Shown here one piece after another: positions 8,299 to 17,935 of a stretch of DNA of 64,000 bases. A program made the translations under genes and the position numbers. Positions within the stretch are counted from its first letter, which is position 1; each line of letters begins with the position of its first letter. The notes beneath the pieces are model-generated. The model was not told the origin of the DNA, did not search any database, and worked only from the letters and a program-made list of their open reading frames with translations. Origin of the DNA: Acidobacteriota bacterium (GTDB lineage: Bacteria; Acidobacteriota; UBA890; WLXD01); the NCBI GenBank assembly GCA_965248695.1, contig CBDFKD010000002.1:4736001-4800000 (forward strand), in the 5' to 3' direction.

Positions 8299-10602
8299 CT
8301 ACCACTGAAACGCGTAGGTCATCTTCGCGGTCAAGGATCGGTCTTCGAGGCCGGCGAACTCGCCGCTGAACCGGCGCGTCTGCCGATACACCAGATAGAA
8401 GCTGTCGCCGATGCGATAGATATAGCGCAGACGGCCGAACAACGAGATCTCGTCGGTGACGCTGTCGTACTGCACCAAAGCGTCCGTCAGCCATCGATCT
8501 GAAAACGAAACGTCGGCGCGTAGCCGCGCCAGATGAACGACGAACGACCCGCCGGGCAGACTTGCGCTATGGCGGCTGTAGTCGGCCCGCAGGCTGAAGT
8601 TCTCGCTCATCCTCAGGCCCAACCGCGGGGTCAGGAATAGCCTGTCGCCGTCGAAGAACTCGCCGGTGCGGATCGACAGGCCACCGCTGACGCGTCGACC
8701 CGGATAGCTGCTGAGGGTGATCGACCACTGGTTGAAGTCGTACCCGCCAGCCGGAATCGTGACGGTCGGATGAACATCGAAAGGAGCATCGAGCAGTTCG
8801 AAACGATTGCGAACGGTGGCGAAGAACGAGTCGCCAGATTCGAAGATGACACGAGTCAGCAACATGCTGGTGCGTGTCACCAGCTGCCCGTCCGTCGTCG
8901 TGTTGCGATCAAAGACCGGACCGATCTCCACCTGGCGCAGCCAGGACACCCCCGGCCGCGGCTTGTAGCTGCCGGTAAGTCGCTTCTTGATGATGTCGGT
9001 GCGAGGGATGAAGCCGAGGTCAGTGCGGAAGTCCTCCTCGATCACCATGATCTCAGCATTCGCCTCCCATAGATCGCTCTCCCAACGCGTTTGGAAGTGA
9101 CCGATCCACGAGCCGCCTTCGACCTCGTTGTCGTGCGCCTGGGCGGCGAAGCCCGAGATATTGAGGTGGTCGAAGAGGTTGAAGTCGGCGTCGATCCCGG
9201 CGACACGGTTGGTGTCCCCCTCGGGCCCCTGGACGTTGCTGACGAAGGCACCGACGCTGGAGCGGGCAAGTAGATCCTGGCGCCAGCGCAGGGCGGTGTA
9301 GTTGCGGCCCGCACCGAACTGCGAGTCGCCGGTCTGGACGTTGAGAAAGCCGAGGTTTCCGCTACCGATCTTGCCGGTGAGCTTGGCGCCGAAATCGATC
9401 GGCAGCGAGTTGCCGTCGTCATCCAGCCCGATGCGGCGCGAGAAGAAGAGCCGCGATGGCGGTGCCTGCCCGAGCCCACCCTCGGTGTTGCCGAAGGTGA
9501 AGCTGTTGGCAGCCTCCAGGAAGAACTCGCGCTTTTCCGGGAAGAAAAGCGAGAAGCGCGTCAGGTTGACCCGCTGCTCGTCGACTTCCACTTGGGCGAA
9601 ATCGGTGTTGTACGTCAGCTGTGCCGTGAGGTTCGAGGTCAGCTTGAACTTGAAGTCCTCGATGCCGAACGCGGCCGACGTTTCCGAGATCGGGGCCTCC
9701 CGCTGCTGGAAGGAATCGTATCCACCGAGCACGTACGGCTTGAGGCGAAAGCGCCCCGTCAATCGCAGGTTCTCCAGGCCCTGCAACCGTCCTGCCTGGG
9801 AGATCGTCATGAACTCGTAGTCCTGGCTGTAGTTGCTCCAGACGACCTCCTCGTTCTTGCGACGAATCTGGCGGCGAAAATCGATCCCCCATACCAGACT
9901 GCCCTGCGCATAACGCAGGCTGGCCAAGGGAATGCTCATCTCGGCCTCCCAGCCCCTGTCGGTGATCTGGGCTGCCGCCTCCCAACGCTCGTCCCAATCC
10001 TGATTGACCTCGCGCTCGTTTCGCACCGTCGCATCGCTGCGCGTGCCCAACGCGTTGACGGTGAACACGAAGGCGTTGCGATGATCGTGGAAGGTGTCCA
10101 GGATGACGCTCACGGTGTCGTCGGATCGTCCGGCCGCTCGAGCTCCGGCGCCGCCTCCGCCAGTACCTCTGCCCGGCCGCTGGGTGCGAAGTCGGAGGCT
10201 GTCGCGTCGCAGTTGCGTGGCGCGAATGCCACTCGGGTTGCTATCGAAGAGAACGAACCCGAAGTAGAGGTTCTCGTCGTCATAGAGGATGCGAACCTCG
10301 GTTCTCTCGGAAGCCGGAGCCCCCTCGATGGGCTCCCGCTGGCGGAATTCGGAGAGCGCCACCGCTTCGGTCCAGACCTGGTCGTCGAGGCGACCGTCCA
10401 GGGTCGGCGCAACGGCTACGCGGGTTGCAGAGACGGACTTCTCGACGTCCACGGTGAGGGGTGCCTGCGCTCCCTCCGTGAACCCTCCATTGGTTGCCCA
10501 GGCAACCGGGATCCACGGTGTTGGGAGCAGCGCACAGGTCGCCAGCAACAGGCCCGCTAGGCGCCGATGCACAGCACCGCCGGGTTTCAAGGGGTCGGTC
10601 AT
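8299..10602 (-). CDS. CBM9-like N-terminal domain + DUF5916 putative outer-membrane beta-barrel protein
   Basis: 'PTLDGRLDDQVW', 'TEVRILYDDENLY', 'NTDFAQVEVD...NLTRFSLFFPEKREFFLE', 'FFSRRIG'. C-terminal beta-strand ending in aromatic residues (TYAFQW). Start approximate. Confidence 0.85.
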   Translation of the reverse strand: MTDPLKPGGAVHRRLAGLLLATCALLPTPWIPVAWATNGGFTEGAQAPLTVDVEKSVSATRVAVAPTLDGRLDDQVWTEAVALSEFRQREPIEGAPASERTEVRILYDDENLYFGFVLFDSNPSGIRATQLRRDSLRLRTQRPGRGTGGGGAGARAAGRSDDTVSVILDTFHDHRNAFVFTVNALGTRSDATVRNEREVNQDWDERWEAAAQITDRGWEAEMSIPLASLRYAQGSLVWGIDFRRQIRRKNEEVVWSNYSQDYEFMTISQAGRLQGLENLRLTGRFRLKPYVLGGYDSFQQREAPISETSAAFGIEDFKFKLTSNLTAQLTYNTDFAQVEVDEQRVNLTRFSLFFPEKREFFLEAANSFTFGNTEGGLGQAPPSRLFFSRRIGLDDDGNSLPIDFGAKLTGKIGSGNLGFLNVQTGDSQFGAGRNYTALRWRQDLLARSSVGAFVSNVQGPEGDTNRVAGIDADFNLFDHLNISGFAAQAHDNEVEGGSWIGHFQTRWESDLWEANAEIMVIEEDFRTDLGFIPRTDIIKKRLTGSYKPRPGVSWLRQVEIGPVFDRNTTTDGQLVTRTSMLLTRVIFESGDSFFATVRNRFELLDAPFDVHPTVTIPAGGYDFNQWSITLSSYPGRRVSGGLSIRTGEFFDGDRLFLTPRLGLRMSENFSLRADYSRHSASLPGGSFVVHLARLRADVSFSDRWLTDALVQYDSVTDEISLFGRLRYIYRIGDSFYLVYRQTRRFSGEFAGLEDRSLTAKMTYAFQW

Positions 10603-10736
10603 CACGGGCGCTCCAATCCCGTCGAGATCCACGATCGCCGTCGGCCGGTGGATCCCGGAAGCGGTGTTTTTTGTCAGATCTCTGCACCCTGACCAGCTCA
10701 CATCGATGCACGGCTTGTATAGTGCCGTCTGAGTAC

Positions 10737-11591
10737 ATGCCGATGAGAACCCACCTGGTCTCCCTTGTCATTGTCGCAATCGCGACCCTCGCCGGCAGCC
10801 TGACTGCAGTTGGTGCGAGCCAGCTTCCGCTCTCCCCTTCTCGGGAAAGCGGCCAGTCGGTGACGCCGGTATTCGAGGGCTGGTTTCAGAACCAGGACGG
10901 CACGTTCGCGCTGTCGTTCGGTTACTTCAACCGCAATGCGGAGGAAGTGCTCGACATCCCGATCGGCGCGAACAACTTCATCGAGCCCGGTGCCAGGAAC
11001 CAGGGACAGCCGACACACTTTCTCACCAGCCGTTACTGGGGTGTGTTTACTGTGACCGTTCCGGCTGATTTCGGCGACCAGCAACTGGTATGGACCCTGA
11101 TGTCGGGCGGCGAGACCATTGCCATTCCGGGTCATCTCCACGTTGACTACGAGATCGAGGTCCTGAAGGACGGAGCATCCGGCAACGCACCGCCGAGCAT
11201 CACGTTCGATCCAGGCAGCCCGTTGGGCCAGGGGCCGACTGGCGTCACCGTCGGTCCGCGCACGGTCGCCATCAGTACACCGCTGACCCTGTCGGTGTCA
11301 GGACGCGATGATCTGGTGCGCCGACCGACCGACATTCCGTTTGCTCCTCCGGATCGACCTCCGATCACGATGACCTGGTTCAAGCACCAAGGACCGGGGC
11401 AGGTCGCGTTCCGCGAGTCGGTGCTCGCGATCGACAGCGCCAGCGGTGAGACGACGACGACCGCGACATTCAGCGCGCCGGGAGACTACCTCCTACGCGT
11501 AACCGCGAACGACTATTCGGGGATCCGGCACGCGGGGAACGCTCAGTGTTGTTGGACGAACGGCTTTGTAAGGGTTCGCGTGACGGAGTGA
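10737..11591 (+). CDS. Conserved secreted hypothetical protein with C-terminal PKD/Ig-like domain
   Basis: Signal peptide, 'PVFEGWFQN.DG...SFGYFNRN', 'TATFSAPGDYLLRVTAND', C-terminal 'QCCWTNG'. Confidence 0.75.
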   Translation: MPMRTHLVSLVIVAIATLAGSLTAVGASQLPLSPSRESGQSVTPVFEGWFQNQDGTFALSFGYFNRNAEEVLDIPIGANNFIEPGARNQGQPTHFLTSRYWGVFTVTVPADFGDQQLVWTLMSGGETIAIPGHLHVDYEIEVLKDGASGNAPPSITFDPGSPLGQGPTGVTVGPRTVAISTPLTLSVSGRDDLVRRPTDIPFAPPDRPPITMTWFKHQGPGQVAFRESVLAIDSASGETTTTATFSAPGDYLLRVTANDYSGIRHAGNAQCCWTNGFVRVRVTE

Positions 11592-11635
11592 TCTCGGATG
11601 GATCAGACGCCGAGACCGACAAAGGGAGTCAGGTC

Positions 11636-12961
11636 ATGAGTGGAAGGCGTTTCACGGGGCGTGTGGCGGCAGGCTGCGGGGTCTTTGCTCTGCTGCTGGT
11701 TGCGCCGGTTGTAACGGCGCAGACCGATGGCGAGGTCACCTTTGCCAAGGACGTGGCCCCGATCTTCCAGCAGAAGTGTCAGGTCTGTCATCAGCCCGAC
11801 TCCATCGGGCCCATGTCCTTGTTGACCTACGAGGAAGCGCGCCCTTGGGCACAGGCGATCAAACAGAAGGTGCTCGCCCGGGTCATGCCGCCGTGGCATA
11901 TCGCCAAGAACGTTGGCATCAAGAGCTTCAAGAACGACCGCTCATTGAACGATGGGGAAATCGAGTTGATCGCCCGATGGGTCGATACCGGCGCGCCGCT
12001 TGGCGACGTCAACGACCTCCCGCCCCCCGTCGTGTGGCCCGACCCGGAAGCCTGGCAGCTAGCGGAACGATTCGGCGAGCCAGATCTGATCGTGCGATCG
12101 GCCCCGCATTCGATGCCGGCGCAGGGGCAGGACAGGTGGTGGCGGCCGGTCGTCGACACCGGGCTCACCGAGCCTCGGTGGGTGCGGGCAATCGAGATCA
12201 AACCGTCGTTCCCGGGTGGCCGCAAGATCGTCCATCATGTGCTGGCCAGCCTCGTTCAGGAGGAGGACGAAGTCACCCGTCTGGCAACCAGCTTCGAGGG
12301 GAGTACTCCGGGGGCCGGCCTCTTCATGGAGTGGGCGATCGGAAAAGTCGGCGAGATCTTCCCGGACGACGCCGGCAAGTTGATGCTCCCGGGCTCGAAG
12401 ATCCGCTGGGAGGTCCACTACCACGCCATCGGTCAGGAGCTCGTGGACGACGTTGTCGAGATGGGTCTCTACTTCTACCCGAAAGGCCAGGAGCCGAAGT
12501 ACCGCTCGATCCTGACCGCATTCAGCGGCCGGGAGGGCGAGATGGACATCCGCCCGGAGCAGATCACCACCACCGTCGGTTTCACCCTGCTGAGGGCGCC
12601 GGCTCGAATCGAGAACTTCCAGCCTCACATGCACATGCGGGGCAGGGCGATGTCGATGGAGGCCATCTACCCGGACGGTCGCATCGAGCAGTTGAGCACG
12701 GTCGACAACTTCCAGTGGAACTGGCATGTCAACTACGTATACGCGGATGACGTCGCACCCGTGCTGCCAAGAGGCACCATCATCAAGATCACGACATGGC
12801 ACGACAACACCGCGGACAACCCGGCCAACCCGGATCCAGCGCAGTGGGTCGGGTACGGCGAGCGAACGGTCGACGAGATGGGGTTCGCCTGGGTCGACGT
12901 TACCTATCTGAACGAAGACGACTACGAGAGGCTGGCGGCCGAGCGAGGCGCGAGGCGGTAG
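11636..12961 (+). CDS. Cytochrome c + copper type II (PHM/DBH-like) monooxygenase fusion protein, secreted
   Basis: Signal peptide. Heme motif CQVCH with 'MPPWH'. Copper-ligand-like motifs 'IVHH', 'VHYH', 'PHMHMRG', 'DEMG'. Confidence 0.8.
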   Translation: MSGRRFTGRVAAGCGVFALLLVAPVVTAQTDGEVTFAKDVAPIFQQKCQVCHQPDSIGPMSLLTYEEARPWAQAIKQKVLARVMPPWHIAKNVGIKSFKNDRSLNDGEIELIARWVDTGAPLGDVNDLPPPVVWPDPEAWQLAERFGEPDLIVRSAPHSMPAQGQDRWWRPVVDTGLTEPRWVRAIEIKPSFPGGRKIVHHVLASLVQEEDEVTRLATSFEGSTPGAGLFMEWAIGKVGEIFPDDAGKLMLPGSKIRWEVHYHAIGQELVDDVVEMGLYFYPKGQEPKYRSILTAFSGREGEMDIRPEQITTTVGFTLLRAPARIENFQPHMHMRGRAMSMEAIYPDGRIEQLSTVDNFQWNWHVNYVYADDVAPVLPRGTIIKITTWHDNTADNPANPDPAQWVGYGERTVDEMGFAWVDVTYLNEDDYERLAAERGARR

Positions 12962-14107
12962 ATGTCCTCCTCTCGGCTCGGCAGCATCGTTGTCACGACG
13001 ATCATCGCGGCTCTGCTGTCGGCAGCCAGCCCCACTCGAGGCCAGTCTCCGATCCGGCGTTATCTCTACGTGGGAACGCCGGACGGGGCTCAGGCATATA
13101 TGCAACCGGCGGACCGTCGGTCCGCTCCTGGCATAGTCATTTTCGACATCGACAACGGCCACGAGTTTGTCCGACGGATCGACATGCCGCGCTTCGCGGA
13201 GGGTTTGCGCGGCTATTACGGTGGTCTGCGCGGCTTTACCGGCAACCTCTTGACACACAGTGTCTACTACTCCATCGGCGAGGGCGGCCTGGGGGCGTTC
13301 GATCTGGAGACGGAGGAGATCGTCTGGGAGCAGACCTACCACGACGGGGGTTGCTGCGATCGATCGTCGATCACGATGGACGGCAAGAAGATCTACGCCC
13401 CCACCGGATGGTGGTATCCAGGGGCGGATAGTGGCCTGGTGGTCATCGATGCAGAAACCGGCGAGCTGATCAAACGCATCCCAATCGGCCTTGAGGCCCA
13501 CAACAGCATCGTCAGCCTCGACGGCCGGCGCGCGTACCTGGGTACGCTAAAGATGCTGACGATCATCGACACGAGTACCGACCGCATCATCCGGCAGATC
13601 AAGGACTTGGGTGAAGACCGCGTATTTCCCTTCACCATGGATCGAGACAACCGCATCGGTTACGTGTGTCTCGGCGAGCATGTCGGGTTCCAAGTAGTCG
13701 ACCTGGAAACCGGAGAGATCAAGCACCGGGTTCTGGCCGGGAACGAGCCCATTCCCCATCAAACGCACGGAGTGGCACTCACACCCGATGAGACCGAGCT
13801 CTGGATCAGCGATCAAGCGAATCGCAAGTTCTACGTTTTCGACGCCACCAAGATGCCGCCGGAGCCGAAGGGGCAAGTAGAGGTGTCCGAGGACGGACAC
13901 GGGTGGTTGACGTTCAGCATCGACGGTCAGTACGCGTGGACCCATACGCCCGATGTCTTTGATGCGAAGACGAAGCAGCGCGTCGCCACCTTGAAGGATG
14001 AAACCGGCACGCCGATCGGCAGCTCGAAGTTTCTCGAAGTGCACTTTCGCGACGGCAAAGTCGTAGCGGTGGGCAACGAGTTCGGTCTGGGACGCAAGGG
14101 AGAATGA
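12962..14107 (+). CDS. Secreted YncE/YVTN-like beta-propeller protein
   Basis: Signal peptide, repeated propeller blades ('HNSIVSLDGRRAY', 'HGVALTPDETELW', 'WLTFSIDGQYAW'). Starts immediately after the upstream stop. Confidence 0.8.
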   Translation: MSSSRLGSIVVTTIIAALLSAASPTRGQSPIRRYLYVGTPDGAQAYMQPADRRSAPGIVIFDIDNGHEFVRRIDMPRFAEGLRGYYGGLRGFTGNLLTHSVYYSIGEGGLGAFDLETEEIVWEQTYHDGGCCDRSSITMDGKKIYAPTGWWYPGADSGLVVIDAETGELIKRIPIGLEAHNSIVSLDGRRAYLGTLKMLTIIDTSTDRIIRQIKDLGEDRVFPFTMDRDNRIGYVCLGEHVGFQVVDLETGEIKHRVLAGNEPIPHQTHGVALTPDETELWISDQANRKFYVFDATKMPPEPKGQVEVSEDGHGWLTFSIDGQYAWTHTPDVFDAKTKQRVATLKDETGTPIGSSKFLEVHFRDGKVVAVGNEFGLGRKGE

Positions 14108-15648
14108 CCGTGCGGACTCTGCTGGTCGTCATGTTTGCGATGCTTGCCGGCATCGGTTTGTCACCCGCCCAGCAGCATGGCGATCCTCCCGATCCGACGG
14201 AGGTGTCCGACGAGCTCAAGCGCGTTTACGGACACATCGACGCCAACTTCGACACCCACGTGGACCGTCTACGCGAGTGGATCAAGATCCCCAGCATTTC
14301 GAACCTGGTGGAAGGACAGCCGGGGATCTGGGATTCCGCCGTCTTCCTGCGCGATCTGATCACGGAGGAACTCGGTTGCCAGGCGGAGATTCACCATCCT
14401 GGCATCGGTGACTGGGGAGCCCCCGGCAACCCGGTTGTTTACGGTCGCTGCGATGTCGGCGCCGACAAGACCATCATCGACTACGTCATGGCCGACGTGA
14501 TGCCGATCTGGCCCGAGGAAGACTGGCCGGCGCCCCCCTTCGGTGGGCAGATCATCGAGAAGCCCCCGTACAAGAAGGTGATGGTGGGACGCGGTGCCAG
14601 CAACCAGAAGGGTCACGAGATGGCGCAGCTCAACGCGCTGATCTCGATCAAGGCGGCGACCGGTACGCTGCCGGTGAACATGATCTTCATCGTCGATCAC
14701 GACGAGGAGCGTCAGGAGATCGGCATCCGTTCCTTCATGATGGAGCACCCGGAGCTGTTCGAGGCGGATGCGGTCTTCGGCCTCGGGGCGGGCCAGGGGG
14801 CGAACGGCCAGGGCAGGGTTGGTGGCGCAGCCTCGATCGGCAATCTGGTCTTCGATCTGGAGACCCATCCGCTCGCCGGCCTCAACGCTTCCGACGGTAT
14901 GGCACCCGGTGTCGGGCTCTGGTTACCGGAGCAACCGATGTGGCGGCACATGCAGATGCTGCAGCTGTTCGCGGAGGACTCCGAGCTGCGTCGGCAGATG
15001 GCAGAAGGGGTGATCCAACCGTCTGCCGCGGAGATGGAGTACCTCCGCCAGCGCGCCGAGTCGAGTGGCAGGAGCTTCGAGGAAATCCTCCGGGTCCGTA
15101 CCGGCGTTCGGGTGGCAATCATGGGGACCTGGGGTGGCAACATGGTGCCCGGATACGCCGGACATCACCGACCGCCGGTCGCCGCATCGAAGATCGACAT
15201 CCGCTACCCGCCGAATGTCGACGGCGAGGTCCTTGCCGAGCTGATCCGCGACTATCTCGACAATCACGACTATGCGGACGTCAAGATGAACGTCATCGGC
15301 GATGTTCCCTGGTCCTACGCCAACACGGACACCGAGATCGCCGACGCCATTCGCGCAATGTACCGCCAGTTCGGCGTTCCCTTCGAGGAGCCGCCGGCGG
15401 GGGATTTCCTCGGCACCGCAACGGCGCGCTGGCCCGACTATCTGTTCACGCGCATGCCGTTGCAGCTACCGACCGCCCGAGGCGGTCTCGGTTACGGAAC
15501 GGGAGCCCACTTCCATCCAGAGGGCGAGTATTACGTCATCGAGGGGGACGGTGAGCGAGTGTACGGGTTTGCCGGCGCGATGAAGAGCTACGCCACGACG
15601 CTTTACAACTACGCTGGTCTGAACCAGGACACGCTACCGCGAGACTGA
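14104..15648 (+). CDS. Secreted M20/M25/M40 family metallo-hydrolase (atypical ligands)
   Basis: 'IKIPSIS', 'GNPVVYG', 'DVMP', 'GRGASNQKG', 'DEE', 'SKIDIRYPP', 'GAH'. ATGA overlap. Confidence 0.8.
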   Translation: MTVRTLLVVMFAMLAGIGLSPAQQHGDPPDPTEVSDELKRVYGHIDANFDTHVDRLREWIKIPSISNLVEGQPGIWDSAVFLRDLITEELGCQAEIHHPGIGDWGAPGNPVVYGRCDVGADKTIIDYVMADVMPIWPEEDWPAPPFGGQIIEKPPYKKVMVGRGASNQKGHEMAQLNALISIKAATGTLPVNMIFIVDHDEERQEIGIRSFMMEHPELFEADAVFGLGAGQGANGQGRVGGAASIGNLVFDLETHPLAGLNASDGMAPGVGLWLPEQPMWRHMQMLQLFAEDSELRRQMAEGVIQPSAAEMEYLRQRAESSGRSFEEILRVRTGVRVAIMGTWGGNMVPGYAGHHRPPVAASKIDIRYPPNVDGEVLAELIRDYLDNHDYADVKMNVIGDVPWSYANTDTEIADAIRAMYRQFGVPFEEPPAGDFLGTATARWPDYLFTRMPLQLPTARGGLGYGTGAHFHPEGEYYVIEGDGERVYGFAGAMKSYATTLYNYAGLNQDTLPRD

Positions 15649-16932
15649 CTCGGGGCTTCGGCCGCCGACGGCTGCGGTCGCCAGGACCTGCCGGAAAGTG
15701 GCCAGGGCCTCGGCGAGTTGCTCCCGGGTAACGATGAGCGGCGGGATCCAGCGGATCACGTTCCCGTAGCTCCCGCAGTTGAGCAGGAGCAATTTGCGAG
15801 CCAACGATTCGGCCAGCACAGCGTCGGCCGTGCCGGCATCCGGTCTGCCTTCCGCATCGGTGAACTCGAGCCCCACCATCAGGCCGCGGCCACGCACGTC
15901 GCCGATCGCCGGGTACTCGGCCTGGAGATCAAGAAGCTCGTCCATCAGGAATGCACCTGATGTGGCCGCGTTGTCGGCCAGCTTCTCTTCGCGAAGGACG
16001 TTAATCGTCGCAACAGCGGCAGCTGCGGCCACGGCGTTGCCGCCACCGTAGGTGCCGCCATGGGTGCCAGCTGGCCATTTCTCCATCAGCTCCGCCCGCG
16101 AGGCGATGGCTGAGATCGGCATGCCGCTGCCCAGGCCCTTGCCGATGACGAGGATGTCAGGCTCGATGCCCGCCTGTTCGCAGGCGAAGAACGTCCCGGT
16201 GCGTCCGAACCCTGTCTGCACCTCGTCGAGGACCAGCAGGATCCCCTCTCGATCACAAAGGGCCCGGAGCTCCTGCAGAAACGCGGCCGGTGCCGGCACA
16301 TAGCCGCCTTCGCCGAGGACGGGTTCGATAACCAGCGCCGCCGTCTCGTCAGGCGCAGTCTGGCTATGGAGCAGCAGGTCGAGCTGCTTCAAACAGAACT
16401 CGGTCGTCCGCGATTCGTCCCAGGCGTAGGCATAGCTGGAAGGGAAGGGGGCGACGAACACGCCACCCGGCAAGGGCTGGTAGTTGTGGCGATAGACGGT
16501 CTTCGACGTCGTCATCGCCATCGTTTGGTGGGTGCGGCCGTGGAAGCTCCCCTGGAACACGACGATGTTGCGGCGGCCCGTCGCCGACCGGGCCAGCTTG
16601 ACCGCAGCCTCCACCGCCTCGGCACCACTGTTGGAGAAAAAGAAGCGGTTGAGGGGCGACGGGGTCACCTCGTTCAGCTTCCCGGCCAGCTCCACGGCAA
16701 CCGGCGGGATGACGATGTTCATCTGGCCGAAGATGAGAGCGGACGCCTGCTCCTGGATCGCCCTGACCACCACCGGATGACAGTGGCCGGTGTTGATGAC
16801 GCCGATCCCGGACGTGAAGTCGGTGTAGCGACTGCCGTCGTCGCCGTACAGGTACACTCCTTCGCCGCGCACCGGCTGCAGGGTCGTCAAGTGCGTCCAG
16901 ACGGGCGAAAGCAATTCGGTCGTTGGAGTCAT
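15634..16932 (-). CDS. Class III PLP aminotransferase (4-aminobutyrate aminotransferase-like)
   Basis: 'NSGAEAVEAAVKLAR', 'FHGRT', 'EPVLGEGG', 'DEVQTGFGRTG', 'GKGLGSG'. Confidence 0.92.
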   Translation of the reverse strand: MTPTTELLSPVWTHLTTLQPVRGEGVYLYGDDGSRYTDFTSGIGVINTGHCHPVVVRAIQEQASALIFGQMNIVIPPVAVELAGKLNEVTPSPLNRFFFSNSGAEAVEAAVKLARSATGRRNIVVFQGSFHGRTHQTMAMTTSKTVYRHNYQPLPGGVFVAPFPSSYAYAWDESRTTEFCLKQLDLLLHSQTAPDETAALVIEPVLGEGGYVPAPAAFLQELRALCDREGILLVLDEVQTGFGRTGTFFACEQAGIEPDILVIGKGLGSGMPISAIASRAELMEKWPAGTHGGTYGGGNAVAAAAAVATINVLREEKLADNAATSGAFLMDELLDLQAEYPAIGDVRGRGLMVGLEFTDAEGRPDAGTADAVLAESLARKLLLLNCGSYGNVIRWIPPLIVTREQLAEALATFRQVLATAAVGGRSPESVSR

Positions 16933-17759
16933 CTTGTTTGCCCTCCCATCTCGGCGATGAAGGCCAGCGTGTGCTCCGTCACCTCGTCAGTGACCGACAT
17001 GTGGCCACGGTCCTCGTAGTGGACGAAGCGGTGGTGAACGCCCGCAGCCTCGAGTGCGGCTGCCATGTCCACGGCCTGCTGGACTGGCACGGATCGGTCG
17101 TCATCCGAGTGCACGATGAGGATCGGCCTGGTCGCGGGACCGATCTGGTGGATCGGCGACGCGATCTTCCGCGCCTCGTGGATGTCGCCCTCGACCGGTG
17201 TCCAGAGGTTCCCCCACGACAGTGTGTTCAGGTCGTACGGACCGGCGGCGCTGATGACGGCCCGCACATCGCTCCTGGCTTCCTCCCAACCGCCGACCCG
17301 CTCGTAGGGTCCCTCGCCCAGGGTGGCCACCAGGGCCACGAGGTGGCCTCCCGAGGAGTTGCCGATCAGGTAGATGCGATCTTGATCGATGCCGTACTCG
17401 TCGGCGTGCGCGTGTACCCAGCGAATTGCCGTCTGCACATCCTGATAGCCAGCCGGCGCGGGCGAAGCGCCAACCAAGCGGTAGTCGATCGTCATGGCGA
17501 AGAAGCCCCGACCGGCCCACTCGGCGACATGGAGCCCGTTGTCGTTGACGCGCTGGCCGCCGCGCCACCGACCTCCGTGCACGTACATGATGACGGGCAG
17601 ATTCTCGCCGTCGACCGGGTAGGCGATGTCCGCCAGGACGGCCGAGCCCAGCGTGCGGCTGTAGATAACGTCCGTTTCTACGGCTACCGGTACCTGCGCC
17701 AGCGCAACAGTCGGTGCCAGGTGCATCAGCACTACGAGCGTGATGATCGATCTCGACAT
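16929..17759 (-). CDS. Secreted alpha/beta hydrolase (HSL/BD-FAE-like esterase)
   Basis: 'YVHGGRW', nucleophile 'GNSSGG', 'VHSDDDRSV', 'RGH'. GGAGG precedes ATG 17759. Confidence 0.88.
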   Translation of the reverse strand: MSRSIITLVVLMHLAPTVALAQVPVAVETDVIYSRTLGSAVLADIAYPVDGENLPVIMYVHGGRWRGGQRVNDNGLHVAEWAGRGFFAMTIDYRLVGASPAPAGYQDVQTAIRWVHAHADEYGIDQDRIYLIGNSSGGHLVALVATLGEGPYERVGGWEEARSDVRAVISAAGPYDLNTLSWGNLWTPVEGDIHEARKIASPIHQIGPATRPILIVHSDDDRSVPVQQAVDMAAALEAAGVHHRFVHYEDRGHMSVTDEVTEHTLAFIAEMGGQTR

Positions 17760-17935
17760 TCCGGCCTCCCGTTCGTTCGTTGTCTTCCGAATGCTAGCGA
17801 ATCGTAGCTTCCGGACAAGGGCAACGCGGAAAGCCCCGGCGACAAGCGGTAGCACCGTGGCGTTCAACGAACGCGCCCACTACTATCCGGCAAAGCCTCG
17901 ACGCCCGCGCAAGCGAAGACGAACGTGATGCCGTC

